Origin: an uncultured Verrucomicrobiae bacterium
GTDB taxonomy: Bacteria; Chlamydiota; Chlamydiia; Chlamydiales; Rhabdochlamydiaceae
DNA: 64,000 nt
Direction: 5' to 3'
Assembly: GCA_963813135.1 (NCBI GenBank)
Contig: CAWEXY010000021.1
Span: 142,075-206,074, forward strand
Shown here: positions 7,830-17,298 of the stretch, piece by piece
How the letters are laid out: the number at the start of each line of letters is the position of its first letter
Numbering within the stretch: the first letter of the stretch is position 1
Made by a program: the position numbers and the translations under genes
Notes under the pieces: generated by a model
The model's database searches: none
Told to the model about the DNA's origin: nothing
What the model saw: only the letters and a program-made list of their open reading frames with translations

Positions 7830-9551
7830 ATGACACAAAAAAATCTAAAAATCCATACCGAAAACATCCTTCCTATTATCAAGAAGTGGCTTTATAGCGA
7901 CAAAGATATCTTTGTCCGCGAGCTCGTCTCCAACTCCTGCGACGCGATGCGCAAACTCCAAATCTTAGGAAAACTAGACGACCCCCGCATCGATATTTCC
8001 ATCGACAAAACTGCCAAAACGATCACCTTTGCCGATAACGGCATCGGCATGACCGCCGATGAAGTGGAAAAATATATCGCCCAGATCGCCTTCTCCGGCG
8101 CTGAAGAGTTCGTTGCAAAGTACCAAGCGAAGGATTCGATCATCGGCCATTTTGGCCTCGGATTTTACTCTGCTTACATGGTAGCAGAGAATGTGACCCT
8201 CGACACGCTCTCCCACGAAGAAGGCTCTCAGGCGGCTCTTTGGACCTGCGACGGCTCCTCGACATATTCTTTGGGAAAAGGAACGCGCACTTCGCGCGGA
8301 ACTACCATCACTCTCCATGTGAACGATGACGAATATCTCGATGACCTTCACCTGCGCACGATCCTGAAAAAATACTGCTCATTCCTTCCCTATCCGATTT
8401 ATTTCAACGGCACGCGCATCAATCACGAAGACCCCCTCTGGCTTAAAAATCCTTCCGAGTGCGCCGATAAAGACTATCTCGATTTTTACCACACGCTTTA
8501 TCCCATGGAACCCGACCCAATTTTCTGGATCCACTTAAGCGTCGACTATCCGTTCCATCTTCAAGGCATCCTCTACTTTCCCAAAATCTCCCGCCGTTTC
8601 GACTGGGGAAAGTCCAACATCCAACTCTTTTGCAATCGCGTCTTCGTCTCCGACAACTGCAAAGATGTGCTCCCCGATTTTCTCATCTGCCTGCGCGGAG
8701 CCCTCGACAGTCCCGATATTCCCCTCAACGTCTCGCGCAGCACGCTGCAGATGGACCGCACCGTGCGCCAGCTCGCGACCCACATCACCAAAAAAGTCGC
8801 CGACCGCCTCTCTTCTCTCTATCAAAACGACAAGGACAAATTCCTCAACGCCTGGTCCGATATTGAACTCGTCATCAAGCTCGGCCTCCTCCAAGACGAA
8901 AAGTTTTATGAAAAGGCCAAAGACTTCCTCGTTTGGAAGACCACCACAGGGTCTTGGATCACCCTTTCCGATCAGAAGAAAGTCTTCTACACCGCCGATC
9001 CTCATGCTCCCCTCCTCGAGCTTTTCAAAGATAAAGAGGTCATCATCGCTGCCTCTCCTGTCGACTCGGCCGTGATGAACTATTTAGAGCATAAGCTGTC
9101 ATGCCAGTTCCAGCGCGTCGATGGCGCCCTCGATGAGACGATCCTCGATACGTCCCGCGAAAAGACCCTTCTAGACGCCGATGGGAAAACCGAAAGCGCC
9201 CGCATCGCCGATTATTTCCGCACGGTCCTTCCCTGCCCTGTCGAAGCGAAAAGCCTTGCATCGGATGCTCTTCCAGCCTTCCTCATGTTCGAAGAAAAAA
9301 GCCGGCGCCTGCGCGACCAGCTTGCTCTTTATGAAAAGGAGCTTCCTTCTGCGCAAAAAACTTTTGTCGTCAATACCAACTCTCCCCTCGTCGCCCAGCT
9401 CCTTGCTTTGAAAGACAAAAAGCCCGCTCTAGCCGAGCAGATAGCCAAACACCTCTACGATCTCTCTCTCATGACCCAAAAAGAATTAGATGGGGCAGAA
9501 GTTCCCCGTTTTGCGCAGCGCTCCAGTCAGCTTTTGCAAGCCCTGCTTTGA
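7830..9551 (+). CDS. htpG: Hsp90 family chaperone HtpG
   Basis: LYSDKDIFVRELVSN, DNGIGMT, IIGHFGLGFYS, IPLNVSRS. Confidence 0.96.
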   Translation: MTQKNLKIHTENILPIIKKWLYSDKDIFVRELVSNSCDAMRKLQILGKLDDPRIDISIDKTAKTITFADNGIGMTADEVEKYIAQIAFSGAEEFVAKYQAKDSIIGHFGLGFYSAYMVAENVTLDTLSHEEGSQAALWTCDGSSTYSLGKGTRTSRGTTITLHVNDDEYLDDLHLRTILKKYCSFLPYPIYFNGTRINHEDPLWLKNPSECADKDYLDFYHTLYPMEPDPIFWIHLSVDYPFHLQGILYFPKISRRFDWGKSNIQLFCNRVFVSDNCKDVLPDFLICLRGALDSPDIPLNVSRSTLQMDRTVRQLATHITKKVADRLSSLYQNDKDKFLNAWSDIELVIKLGLLQDEKFYEKAKDFLVWKTTTGSWITLSDQKKVFYTADPHAPLLELFKDKEVIIAASPVDSAVMNYLEHKLSCQFQRVDGALDETILDTSREKTLLDADGKTESARIADYFRTVLPCPVEAKSLASDALPAFLMFEEKSRRLRDQLALYEKELPSAQKTFVVNTNSPLVAQLLALKDKKPALAEQIAKHLYDLSLMTQKELDGAEVPRFAQRSSQLLQALL

Positions 9552-9590
9552 AGAACCCTCCCATAAATGGAAGGGATTCTTCGAGGATTT
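9548..9590 (-). mobile_element. Isolated right end (43 bp) of the 111-bp IS200/IS605-type element
   Basis: Exact reverse complement of AAATCCTCGAAGAATCCCTTCCATTTATGGGAGGGTTCTTCAA; contains the htpG TGA stop. Confidence 0.8.
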
Positions 9591-9645
9591 TTTGCTACCC
9601 ACTCTTCCAAATTGCAGCGCAAAACGGAAGATTGGGTAGCAAAAT

Positions 9646-10830
9646 TCATCTATTTAAGGAAAAAGTTATGGGATTTTCGATCGCTTTTCCACTATGTGTG
9701 AAAGGAGCGACCGTGCACGCCTCCTGCCCCACGGTCACCAAATAACATCCGTCGATCGAAGCATCGTGAGCAATATAAGGAAGTCTCTTCTTAAACTTCC
9801 GCGGAGGCACGCCCCAGCTTCCATCTCCAAAATAGACAATGCCCGTTTCATCCACCTTGCCCCCCTTGAGAGGAAAGGTTCGCTTATAGCAGTGATTATG
9901 GTGTTCGAATACAAATTTCACTCCATTTTGTTCAAATAAAGGCACCCACCATTTACGGACCTTCTTTGATGTATCCGTATCGAAGGGATAATACGAGGGA
10001 TAAGCCGCCACATGATAGATCGGAATTTTCCATGCGGCCTTGCTCGTTAGCGCTTGGCCTAGCCATTCGGTCTGCTCTCCTTTCACGGGCGAGGTGTGAT
10101 TGGTGTCGAGGAGAATGAGCCTTAAGTATTTCCCAAAATCCATCGTTCGATAAGCCTTTCCCTCCATCGGAAAAGCAAAAATCTCATAGAACATGATAGG
10201 AGTCTTGGACGGATCGGCAAGTCCGCGCGGCACATCGTGATTTCCCACGACAGGAACCATCGGGATCAGCCGCCCATCTTTTGTTCGCATGGTTTGTTTC
10301 CACTCCGCAAAAAACTTGCGCCAACGATCGAGTTCCCACCATTTTCCCCGCGTGATCTTATTTTCATTTGAATAAGCGATATCTCCCCCGATGACGACAA
10401 AATCGGGATTTTTTTTGGCGATGGCGGCATTCATTTCATGGAAAAGGCTCTCGAAATAATAGGCATCGCCCCCCACCACAAATTGGACGGGCTCCTTCGC
10501 CGTGCGGGGCAGCGTTTTAAATCGATAGACCTCCATCTCCTGCCCGATCCGAAATAGATACTCTGTATTAGGCTCAAGCCCCTTAACTTCTACCCTCCTG
10601 ACCCAAGTCTCCGTGCCCGCGATCTCCACACCAGACCCCTGCACCGGCCTCCAATTGGCCTCGCCCCGCCTCTGTAATAAGAGCGAACTGCCCCCTTCTT
10701 TGCCCGTATGCCAGGAAACGACCATCGTCGTTGTTGGATCATCTAGCCAGGTTAAATAGAGAACTTCCGGATCCTTGCCCCATAGGCCGACCCATCCCAA
10801 CACAAACAGTATCAAATACTTACGCAACAT
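9646..10830 (-). CDS. Secreted purple acid phosphatase-like metallophosphoesterase with FN3 domain
   Basis: Signal peptide; GGDA, GGDIAY, VGNHD and EHHNHCY motifs. Confidence 0.88.
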   Translation of the reverse strand: MLRKYLILFVLGWVGLWGKDPEVLYLTWLDDPTTTMVVSWHTGKEGGSSLLLQRRGEANWRPVQGSGVEIAGTETWVRRVEVKGLEPNTEYLFRIGQEMEVYRFKTLPRTAKEPVQFVVGGDAYYFESLFHEMNAAIAKKNPDFVVIGGDIAYSNENKITRGKWWELDRWRKFFAEWKQTMRTKDGRLIPMVPVVGNHDVPRGLADPSKTPIMFYEIFAFPMEGKAYRTMDFGKYLRLILLDTNHTSPVKGEQTEWLGQALTSKAAWKIPIYHVAAYPSYYPFDTDTSKKVRKWWVPLFEQNGVKFVFEHHNHCYKRTFPLKGGKVDETGIVYFGDGSWGVPPRKFKKRLPYIAHDASIDGCYLVTVGQEACTVAPFTHSGKAIENPITFSLNR

Positions 10831-10980
10831 GCTCATCCTCAATAACTCTCTTCATTCTACAGACTCCTCTTCTTAGCGCAAGGTGAAAAACGAATACCCC
10901 TCAAACTAAGCTGTTTAGGATTCTAATTGTATTATTATATAAATTATTTTATAATTAATACTAAACATGAAGGATTAATT

Positions 10981-12054
10981 ATGGAAGAAACAAAACTTAA
11001 GCCTATTTTACATGCATCCTATTGTAATGGGAAGGACCCTGCCCTGATTGTTTGCGATACGCACCTTAATGACTTAAACGACAATGACGATTTTAACAGG
11101 GCCGTTGCTGAAATTGTGCAAAGGTCTATGGGCATCGCGGCGGACGCGGATTTCAAGATGCATCTTGCAGACAAAGATCACGTCCGCGTAACTGTTCTCA
11201 ATAAAGATGGAAAAGCACAAGATCCAGAAATTAAGCTCGCTAAGGATGGGAAAGGCATTTGGTCGGATGAAGGCGGCACTCTTAAGCTCGACGCTAAAGC
11301 AATCACTGAAAGCGTAACTCTAATTTACGACAAGGTAGTGAGACAAGCCAATGGCTGTAAATCTCATACGACAAGCGACAAAAAAAAACAAAAGACCTCT
11401 AAGACTTATGATACACCTCAACCTCTGAATGAAAATTCCTCATCGTCCTCCTCTTCCAATTCGGAAGAAAGCGATAGCGAAACCGAAGAAGAATCTTCTG
11501 AATCAACAATCAAAGAGATGGCGACAACGAATCCAACAAATCTTCCTAAAAATAAAGGAGAACACCCAAATTCTGTCAAGCCAATGAAAACTGCCCCTAA
11601 TACACCCTGCGATAGCGAAGATGAAGATGAAGAAGAACAGACTGCTCCCATTGCATCTCCAACGACACCCGAGCCTCTTACAGAAGCTCCACCTGGCCCT
11701 GGACAATCCTCGGTTACCGAAGAAGAATCTTCTGAACCAATCATAGAGATGGCGACAACGAATCCAACAAATCTTCCTAAAAATAAAGAAGAGCAGCCAA
11801 ATTCTGACAAGCCAATGAAAACTGCCCCTAATACACCCTGCGATAGCGAAGATGAAGATGAAGAAGAACAGACTGCTCCCATTGCATCTCCAACGACACC
11901 CAAGCTTCCTACAGAAGCTCCAGCTGGCCCTGGACAATCCTCGGTTACTGATTCTGTTTTAAAAGCTGTGAACTCTTCTCCCATGGATAAATCCTTCTTA
12001 GGCAATAAAATTCCTAAACCTTCCAATGGAGTGGCTAAAGGCCACAGTAATTAG
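10981..12054 (+). CDS. Hypothetical acidic, S/T/P/E-rich protein with an internal 77-aa tandem repeat
   Basis: Long ORF, ATG after GAAGG; low-complexity C-terminal half. Confidence 0.75.
   Translation: MEETKLKPILHASYCNGKDPALIVCDTHLNDLNDNDDFNRAVAEIVQRSMGIAADADFKMHLADKDHVRVTVLNKDGKAQDPEIKLAKDGKGIWSDEGGTLKLDAKAITESVTLIYDKVVRQANGCKSHTTSDKKKQKTSKTYDTPQPLNENSSSSSSSNSEESDSETEEESSESTIKEMATTNPTNLPKNKGEHPNSVKPMKTAPNTPCDSEDEDEEEQTAPIASPTTPEPLTEAPPGPGQSSVTEEESSEPIIEMATTNPTNLPKNKEEQPNSDKPMKTAPNTPCDSEDEDEEEQTAPIASPTTPKLPTEAPAGPGQSSVTDSVLKAVNSSPMDKSFLGNKIPKPSNGVAKGHSN
11482..11948 (+). repeat. Intragenic tandem duplication, about 231 bp x2
   Basis: GAGATGGCGACAACGAATCCAACAAATCTTCC...GGACAATCCTCGGTTAC occurs twice, 231 bp apart, near identical. 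Confidence 0.95.
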
Positions 12055-12065
12055 CATCAATGGAT

Positions 12066-13340
12066 TTACATTTTTCGAATGAGCTGAACAAGCGTTTCAA
12101 CGTGGGCTGTTTGAGGAAACATATCGAACGGCTGCACTTCCTTGATCTGATACCCTCTCTCATGCAAAACACTTAAATCCCGCGCTAGCGTTGCAGGATC
12201 GCAAGAAATGTAAACGATGCGCTCGGGCGCAAGCTCGGCCAAACGAAGCAAAAACTCTTTGTCGCATCCTTTTCGGGGAGGATTTAAAACCGCAACATCG
12301 AGCGATGGGAGCGAAAGCTTTTCAGCGGCCATTGCATGGAATGTCACGTTGGCGATGTTGTTTTTTTGGGCATTTTCTTTGGCGTCGGCGATCGCTTCAG
12401 GAACACACTCCACGCCGATAACATGTTGGGCTTTTTGGGCGAGAAGAAGGGAAAGCGTTCCCACACCGCAATAGGCGTCGAGGACGGTCTCTGCGCCGGT
12501 TAACGCGGCAAACTCCAGTGTTTTTTGATAGAGCTTCTGGGCTTGAGCCGGATTCACTTGGAAAAAGGAAGCGGGAGAGACTTTAAAGGTGAGGCCGCAG
12601 AGGATCTCTTCGATATGGCCTTGCCCGGCAAGGAGATGGTAATTTTTGCTGAGGACGGTGTTGGTAGGATCGGGTTGGATATTCTGCACGACTCCTTTGA
12701 TTTCGGGCATCGCTGCCATGATTTTCTCAGCGAGCGCCGTTTGGAGGGCGGCGTCTTTAGTGACGAGAATGATGAGAACTTGGTTTGTATGGACCGCGGT
12801 CTTGATGAGGACGTGGCGTACATCGGCAGTCATAAGAGGGCGGAGGGACTGAAAGACTTTTTCTCCAAGGCCGCAGTGGATGTAACATTTGTCTATTTCG
12901 ACTAGGTCATGCGAATTTTTCGCATAAAGGCCGAGCTTGCCTTGAGGCGAGACGGGAAGTTGGATTTTGTTGCGGTACGCGAGGGGCTGAGGAGAGGGTA
13001 TGCACGGAGAGACGGCGGCATCGAGCTTGCCGATGCGGATAAGGGCATCTTGCACGCGGGTCTGTTTGGCGATGAGCTGCTGGGGATAGGAAAGGTGCAT
13101 GAGCTGGCATCCTCCACATTTGCCAAAAAGCGGGCAAGGGGGATCAACGCGGTGGGAAGAGGAAGAAAGTATTTGGAGGAGTTTGGCGCGGCCAAAAGTT
13201 TTGCGCCGTTCCGTTATCTCAATTTCAGCTGTTTCGGTAGGAAGGGCCCCCTCCACAAAAATGGTGAAGCCCTCAAGAGATCCAACGCCTTCGCCATCGA
13301 TGCCAAGGCGCTGGATTTTTATATTAGGTGGCAGCTTCAA
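12066..13340 (-). CDS. rlmD: 23S rRNA (uracil-5)-methyltransferase, RlmD/TrmA family
   Basis: TRAM domain, CxxxxxCGGC, SFFQVN, DAYCGVG, NPPRKG, YISCDP, DMFPQTAHVE; TTG start inferred. Confidence 0.92.
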   Translation of the reverse strand: MKLPPNIKIQRLGIDGEGVGSLEGFTIFVEGALPTETAEIEITERRKTFGRAKLLQILSSSSHRVDPPCPLFGKCGGCQLMHLSYPQQLIAKQTRVQDALIRIGKLDAAVSPCIPSPQPLAYRNKIQLPVSPQGKLGLYAKNSHDLVEIDKCYIHCGLGEKVFQSLRPLMTADVRHVLIKTAVHTNQVLIILVTKDAALQTALAEKIMAAMPEIKGVVQNIQPDPTNTVLSKNYHLLAGQGHIEEILCGLTFKVSPASFFQVNPAQAQKLYQKTLEFAALTGAETVLDAYCGVGTLSLLLAQKAQHVIGVECVPEAIADAKENAQKNNIANVTFHAMAAEKLSLPSLDVAVLNPPRKGCDKEFLLRLAELAPERIVYISCDPATLARDLSVLHERGYQIKEVQPFDMFPQTAHVETLVQLIRKM

Positions 13341-13719
13341 CTGTTTTGGAGTCTTCTTCGGTGCCGGGCTGGACATCGGTGATGGCAGCTTTGAGCATCT
13401 CAATTTTCGAGCCATCGACCATTTTTAAAATAACGCTATTGTCTTGAACGCGGACAACAGTTCCGATAATGCCCATGGCTGTCGCACGGTCGCCTTTTTT
13501 GAGGGAATTGCGAGTGGCCTCAAGGGTTTTGCGGCGTTTTTGCTCGGGGCGCCACAGGATGAAGTAGAAGAACATGACGGCGATACCGATCATCATGAGG
13601 GTTTGGTAAAGGCTGTTTTGGGGAGCGGCTGCTGCCGTGGCAGCTGGAGCATCATCCGCAAAGAGGAATGTTCCGAGTAAGCTGCTTGCGAGACATAGAC
13701 CTAAGATCACTTTTTTCAT
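13324..13719 (-). CDS. yajC: Preprotein translocase subunit YajC
   Basis: FYFILWRPEQKRRK, LKKGDRATAMGIIGTV. Confidence 0.93.
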   Translation of the reverse strand: MKKVILGLCLASSLLGTFLFADDAPAATAAAAPQNSLYQTLMMIGIAVMFFYFILWRPEQKRRKTLEATRNSLKKGDRATAMGIIGTVVRVQDNSVILKMVDGSKIEMLKAAITDVQPGTEEDSKTVEAAT

Positions 13720-13793
13720 AAAAACCTTCCTTTAATATTCCTCCCATTTTGCCTGAATTGAGGGGGAGAAGCAAGGGTAAACTTTTAACAAAT

Positions 13794-14933
13794 TTAAATT
13801 TTAATTCGACGAAGGTGCACAATATTTTCAATATGGTGCGTATGCGGGAACTGATCGACGGGCTGCACGGCTTCGATGGCATAATCGGTAAGAGCTGCAA
13901 CATTCTGAGCCTGAGTCGTGGGGTTGCAAGCGATATAAAGTATTTGAGGGGGTTTTAGGGCTTGAAGGCCCTCTAAGGCAGGGGCGTCGAGGCCAGGACG
14001 CGGAGGGTCGATGATGACGAGATCGGGCGGGGAAAGCGTCGCAATGAGCTTACCGACATCGCCTCGAAGGATCGTAAAATTGGTGATAGCATTGAGGACG
14101 GCGTTTTCCTTGGCGTCGAACACGGCGTAAGGGTTGAGCTCGATGCCGGTGACATGCGCCGCATAAGGGGCAAAGGTGAGTCCGATGGTGGCCGTTCCGC
14201 AATAAAGGTCGAGGATGTGCATATGGGGAGCGGGGGCGGCAAGGCGGAGGGCGGCCATATAGAGTTTTTGCGCTTGGAGCGTGTTGGGCTGGAAGAAGGA
14301 GCTGGGGCTGATTTTAAAGCGAAGGACGCGATCGTGGATATGGAGCTGCTCCTCAATATGTGTAGGGCCCCCGAGGTGCATTTCAAAGAACTGGGTCGGC
14401 TGTTTGGGTATGCACTGCTGAATGCGTAAAAAAAGGCTGACGGAAGGATCTGCGACGGCCGCAATAAAACAGTCTAGTTGCGCTTTTGTGAGAGCAAAAC
14501 GGGGATCCCCTGAAACGGTGAGCATCACCATCTTTTGACCTGTATGGCGCCCTTCTCGAATCGTGAGGGTGCGGAGCGTGCCCGTTCCTTGATGAAAATG
14601 GTAAGCGGAAAGATCAGAGCTTTCCCACCATTTTCTTATAGAGGCGAGCATGCGCGAAAACCACGGCGGAGAAATGAGGCATTCTTGAAGATGGAAGACC
14701 TTGCCGCGGCTTTTGCGAAGGATGAGGCCTAAGAATTTCTCGCCGGCTTTATTTTGCGAAAACGAAAACTCCATCTTGTTGCGGTAGTGCCAAGGGTCGT
14801 CGCACGGAAGGATGGGCAAAGCGGATGGAAATAAAGATTCTATAGCTTGTTGTTTTTGAACTAGCTGCTCCGAGTAAGGGATATTTTGAAGCGTGCACCC
14901 CCCGCAAGAGGGAAAATGGATACAAGTAGGCAT
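13794..14933 (-). CDS. Second RlmD/TrmA family RNA methyltransferase (no TRAM domain)
   Basis: CIHFPSCGGC, YRNKMEFSF, SFFQPN, DLYCGTA, DPPRPG, DQFPHTHHIE. Confidence 0.92.
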   Translation of the reverse strand: MPTCIHFPSCGGCTLQNIPYSEQLVQKQQAIESLFPSALPILPCDDPWHYRNKMEFSFSQNKAGEKFLGLILRKSRGKVFHLQECLISPPWFSRMLASIRKWWESSDLSAYHFHQGTGTLRTLTIREGRHTGQKMVMLTVSGDPRFALTKAQLDCFIAAVADPSVSLFLRIQQCIPKQPTQFFEMHLGGPTHIEEQLHIHDRVLRFKISPSSFFQPNTLQAQKLYMAALRLAAPAPHMHILDLYCGTATIGLTFAPYAAHVTGIELNPYAVFDAKENAVLNAITNFTILRGDVGKLIATLSPPDLVIIDPPRPGLDAPALEGLQALKPPQILYIACNPTTQAQNVAALTDYAIEAVQPVDQFPHTHHIENIVHLRRIKI

Positions 14934-14949
14934 GGGGCACTAGGATATA

Positions 14950-15147
14950 CTATCGGCGTCTTTTTTGGGGCTTTTCTGCAGCGACCGATTCTTTGCGATA
15001 GAGCTTGGCCAGTTTGGCCAGCTTAATGGTCCCTGTGCGCACCCGCTGAGCGGCCGATTTGTTTCCTTTGATATCGGCCCGTTCGAGGTTGCTTTGCACC
15101 TCGGCAAGAAGTTTTTTGAGCTGCGCTGTCGTGTTTTTCAGTGCCAT
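14950..15147 (-). CDS. hctA: Histone H1-like protein Hc1, short form (65 aa)
   Basis: MALKNT...KGNKSAAQRVRTGTIKLAKLAKLYRKES matches the chlamydial Hc1 N-terminal domain; next to the RlmD-family gene and yajC. Confidence 0.9.
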   Translation of the reverse strand: MALKNTTAQLKKLLAEVQSNLERADIKGNKSAAQRVRTGTIKLAKLAKLYRKESVAAEKPQKRRR

Positions 15148-15346
15148 ATTCCTTTTCAATATGAACAAACGAATTTCTTAGCAAATAATTTTTTGAATCG
15201 TACGCAAATGAAAGAGATGCAAGAAATTCTAGATATGCTATAATCAACACTGTTGATCCCGTGTCTGGTTTCCTGGAGTGTCGATCGAGTGTCTTCGCCA
15301 AGAAAGAGTCCGAGTCAACCTAAACCAAAATAAACCTGGAGAAGGT

Positions 15347-15676
15347 ATGAACAATAAATTGTATGTAGGGAGCCTTCCTTACAATACTTCCGAGCAACAG
15401 CTCCATGAGCTTTTTGCTCAATTTGGCGAGATCACTTCGGTCCGCATCATCATGGACAAATTCACTGGCCAATCAAAAGGCTTTGGATTCGTCGAGATGG
15501 CAAACGATGCAGACGCGCAAACAGCGATTGCACAGCTGAACGGCACCGAATTCGGTGGACGCACGCTGGTTGTAAACGTTGCACGTCCTCCGCAAGAGCG
15601 TGAGCGCGGCGGCGGCGGCAGAGACCGCGATCGTGGTGGAAGAGACCGCGAGCCTCGTCATTCCCGTCACGGTTAA
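15347..15676 (+). CDS. RRM RNA-binding protein with G/R-rich tail
   Basis: RNP2 KLYVGSL, RNP1 KGFGFVEM. Confidence 0.95.
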   Translation: MNNKLYVGSLPYNTSEQQLHELFAQFGEITSVRIIMDKFTGQSKGFGFVEMANDADAQTAIAQLNGTEFGGRTLVVNVARPPQERERGGGGRDRDRGGRDREPRHSRHG

Positions 15677-15693
15677 TCTAACAACGTGATTTG

Positions 15694-15729
15694 AAGCCCA
15701 TGCGATGAAAATTGCATGGGCTTTTTTTT
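15694..15729 (+). terminator. Intrinsic terminator
   Basis: AAGCCCATGCGA-TGAAAA-TTGCATGGGCTT followed by a T-run, between convergent genes. Confidence 0.85.
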
Positions 15730-17149
15730 ATCCCGCAGACTTAGTATTTGTGTTTTTTAACGCTTCATATTTCGCATACTTGATGAAATCCTGGTAGGGC
15801 GAATCGCTCTTTTGCGAGTAGACTTTATCCCATAGATCTTCATCAGGAAGCGCCGCCGGCTCCTGAAATGTATAGAGCGATGCGGCAGGCTGCACTACGA
15901 CATCGTTCGACACGTCTTTTCCTTCGATGAACCGAGAGTACGCTTTATAAAACAGCGCTTCGATTTCATCAAAAAGAGGGCGTGCGTAATGGCACTCATC
16001 AAGATCGATGCGTTTGAGCTCCCCATCGCGCCAGTGCCCTAATTGTTGTTGATACCCTTGATAGTGCATTTTGATGGGAGTGATCGCTATTTCGTAGAGC
16101 GTTCTATAAACCGCGATTGCTCGGTCTTTTTCGGCTGCGAGCACGGCCTTGTCGGGATCGCCGGCTTTATGCTGAGCGATTTTCTTTTCGTAGTCTATAA
16201 TTGCCTCAGCTACTTTATAGCGATAAGCTGCCTGAAAAGGAGCCTTAGCAAGCTCCAAACGGTGATTACTTTCTTCGGTCAATCGATCGTAATGCTTACG
16301 AACTTGGGTGCGCAGCTCGCTGTACCATTCTTTGATGTTGAGAATTTTGGACTCCATTCTCTCATATTCAGAACTAAATACTTGCGAGGGAGCATCATCA
16401 TAGGCATAACTCCAAGCGGTAAGAGAAAGAGGATTTTTGTGCGCAAAACGTAAAGCGCATTGTCCTTTGGCGACATCGGGAAGGTCTCGCGCTTTATCGA
16501 TATCTCTTTTCATGGTTTGGAAGCTTTCACGATAGAGGTAATCGAGTTCTTGGGGATGCAGCAGTCCATGTCCATGGTAGGTTTGGTGATATTGGCCCTT
16601 CATTTTTAATCGCATCGCGCTGAAAAAACCAACGCCGAAGGCTTCTTGCCTTTGCGCTGCAACGACATTAGCCGGCACGACTTTCCATTTGGCGATCTGA
16701 TCATTAGCTTGCCCCCACTTTTTCGAGGCATTCACTAAGAACCAGAATTCAGCTAATCCGGCTACAACATAAGCACCCCCCCATAATTGGCCCAAATAGG
16801 GAATACCAGCATAAGCCGTACCCACAATAACGACTGCGGCTGCGACAGCCCCGACAATCATCCATACGCGCTTCCCGCTCCAGAAGTTGATATGCTGCTG
16901 ACGATCTTGTGCAGAATTTTGCTCCACGTTGACGGCCCCATCGACTAGGACGCGCTCTTTTTTCCCCTTCGTTTCGACCAACACGATTCGATCGGCGATA
17001 GCTTTTGTTTTAACCTCTTGCTCAACAACTTTGGGATCTTTGTGGTAGGGCGGAAGGACTAGAGAAGTATCGAAGGTGTAGTCTTTTTCGTTCCATGCAT
17101 CGAACGCGTCTCCATCGGCCCCACTGGTGATTAAATCAATTGCTGACAT
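15728..17149 (-). CDS. Hypothetical protein with a bilobed hydrophobic domain and coiled coil (Inc-like)
   Basis: VWMIVGAVAAAVVIVGTAYAGIPYLGQLWGGAYVVAGLAEFWFLV followed by charged helical sequence. Confidence 0.7.
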   Translation of the reverse strand: MSAIDLITSGADGDAFDAWNEKDYTFDTSLVLPPYHKDPKVVEQEVKTKAIADRIVLVETKGKKERVLVDGAVNVEQNSAQDRQQHINFWSGKRVWMIVGAVAAAVVIVGTAYAGIPYLGQLWGGAYVVAGLAEFWFLVNASKKWGQANDQIAKWKVVPANVVAAQRQEAFGVGFFSAMRLKMKGQYHQTYHGHGLLHPQELDYLYRESFQTMKRDIDKARDLPDVAKGQCALRFAHKNPLSLTAWSYAYDDAPSQVFSSEYERMESKILNIKEWYSELRTQVRKHYDRLTEESNHRLELAKAPFQAAYRYKVAEAIIDYEKKIAQHKAGDPDKAVLAAEKDRAIAVYRTLYEIAITPIKMHYQGYQQQLGHWRDGELKRIDLDECHYARPLFDEIEALFYKAYSRFIEGKDVSNDVVVQPAASLYTFQEPAALPDEDLWDKVYSQKSDSPYQDFIKYAKYEALKNTNTKSAG

Positions 17150-17298
17150 AGTCAATCTCCATTTTTGAAGAATGGATCTTATAGAGAATTCAAATTTTGA
17201 AATAGAAAAAATTGCCAAAAACAGCTTGGTTTTATCTCTTGGCCTAAGCTAGAGTTTTGGTACTCATCCAAAAAGATAACAGCAACGGAGCTTAGACG

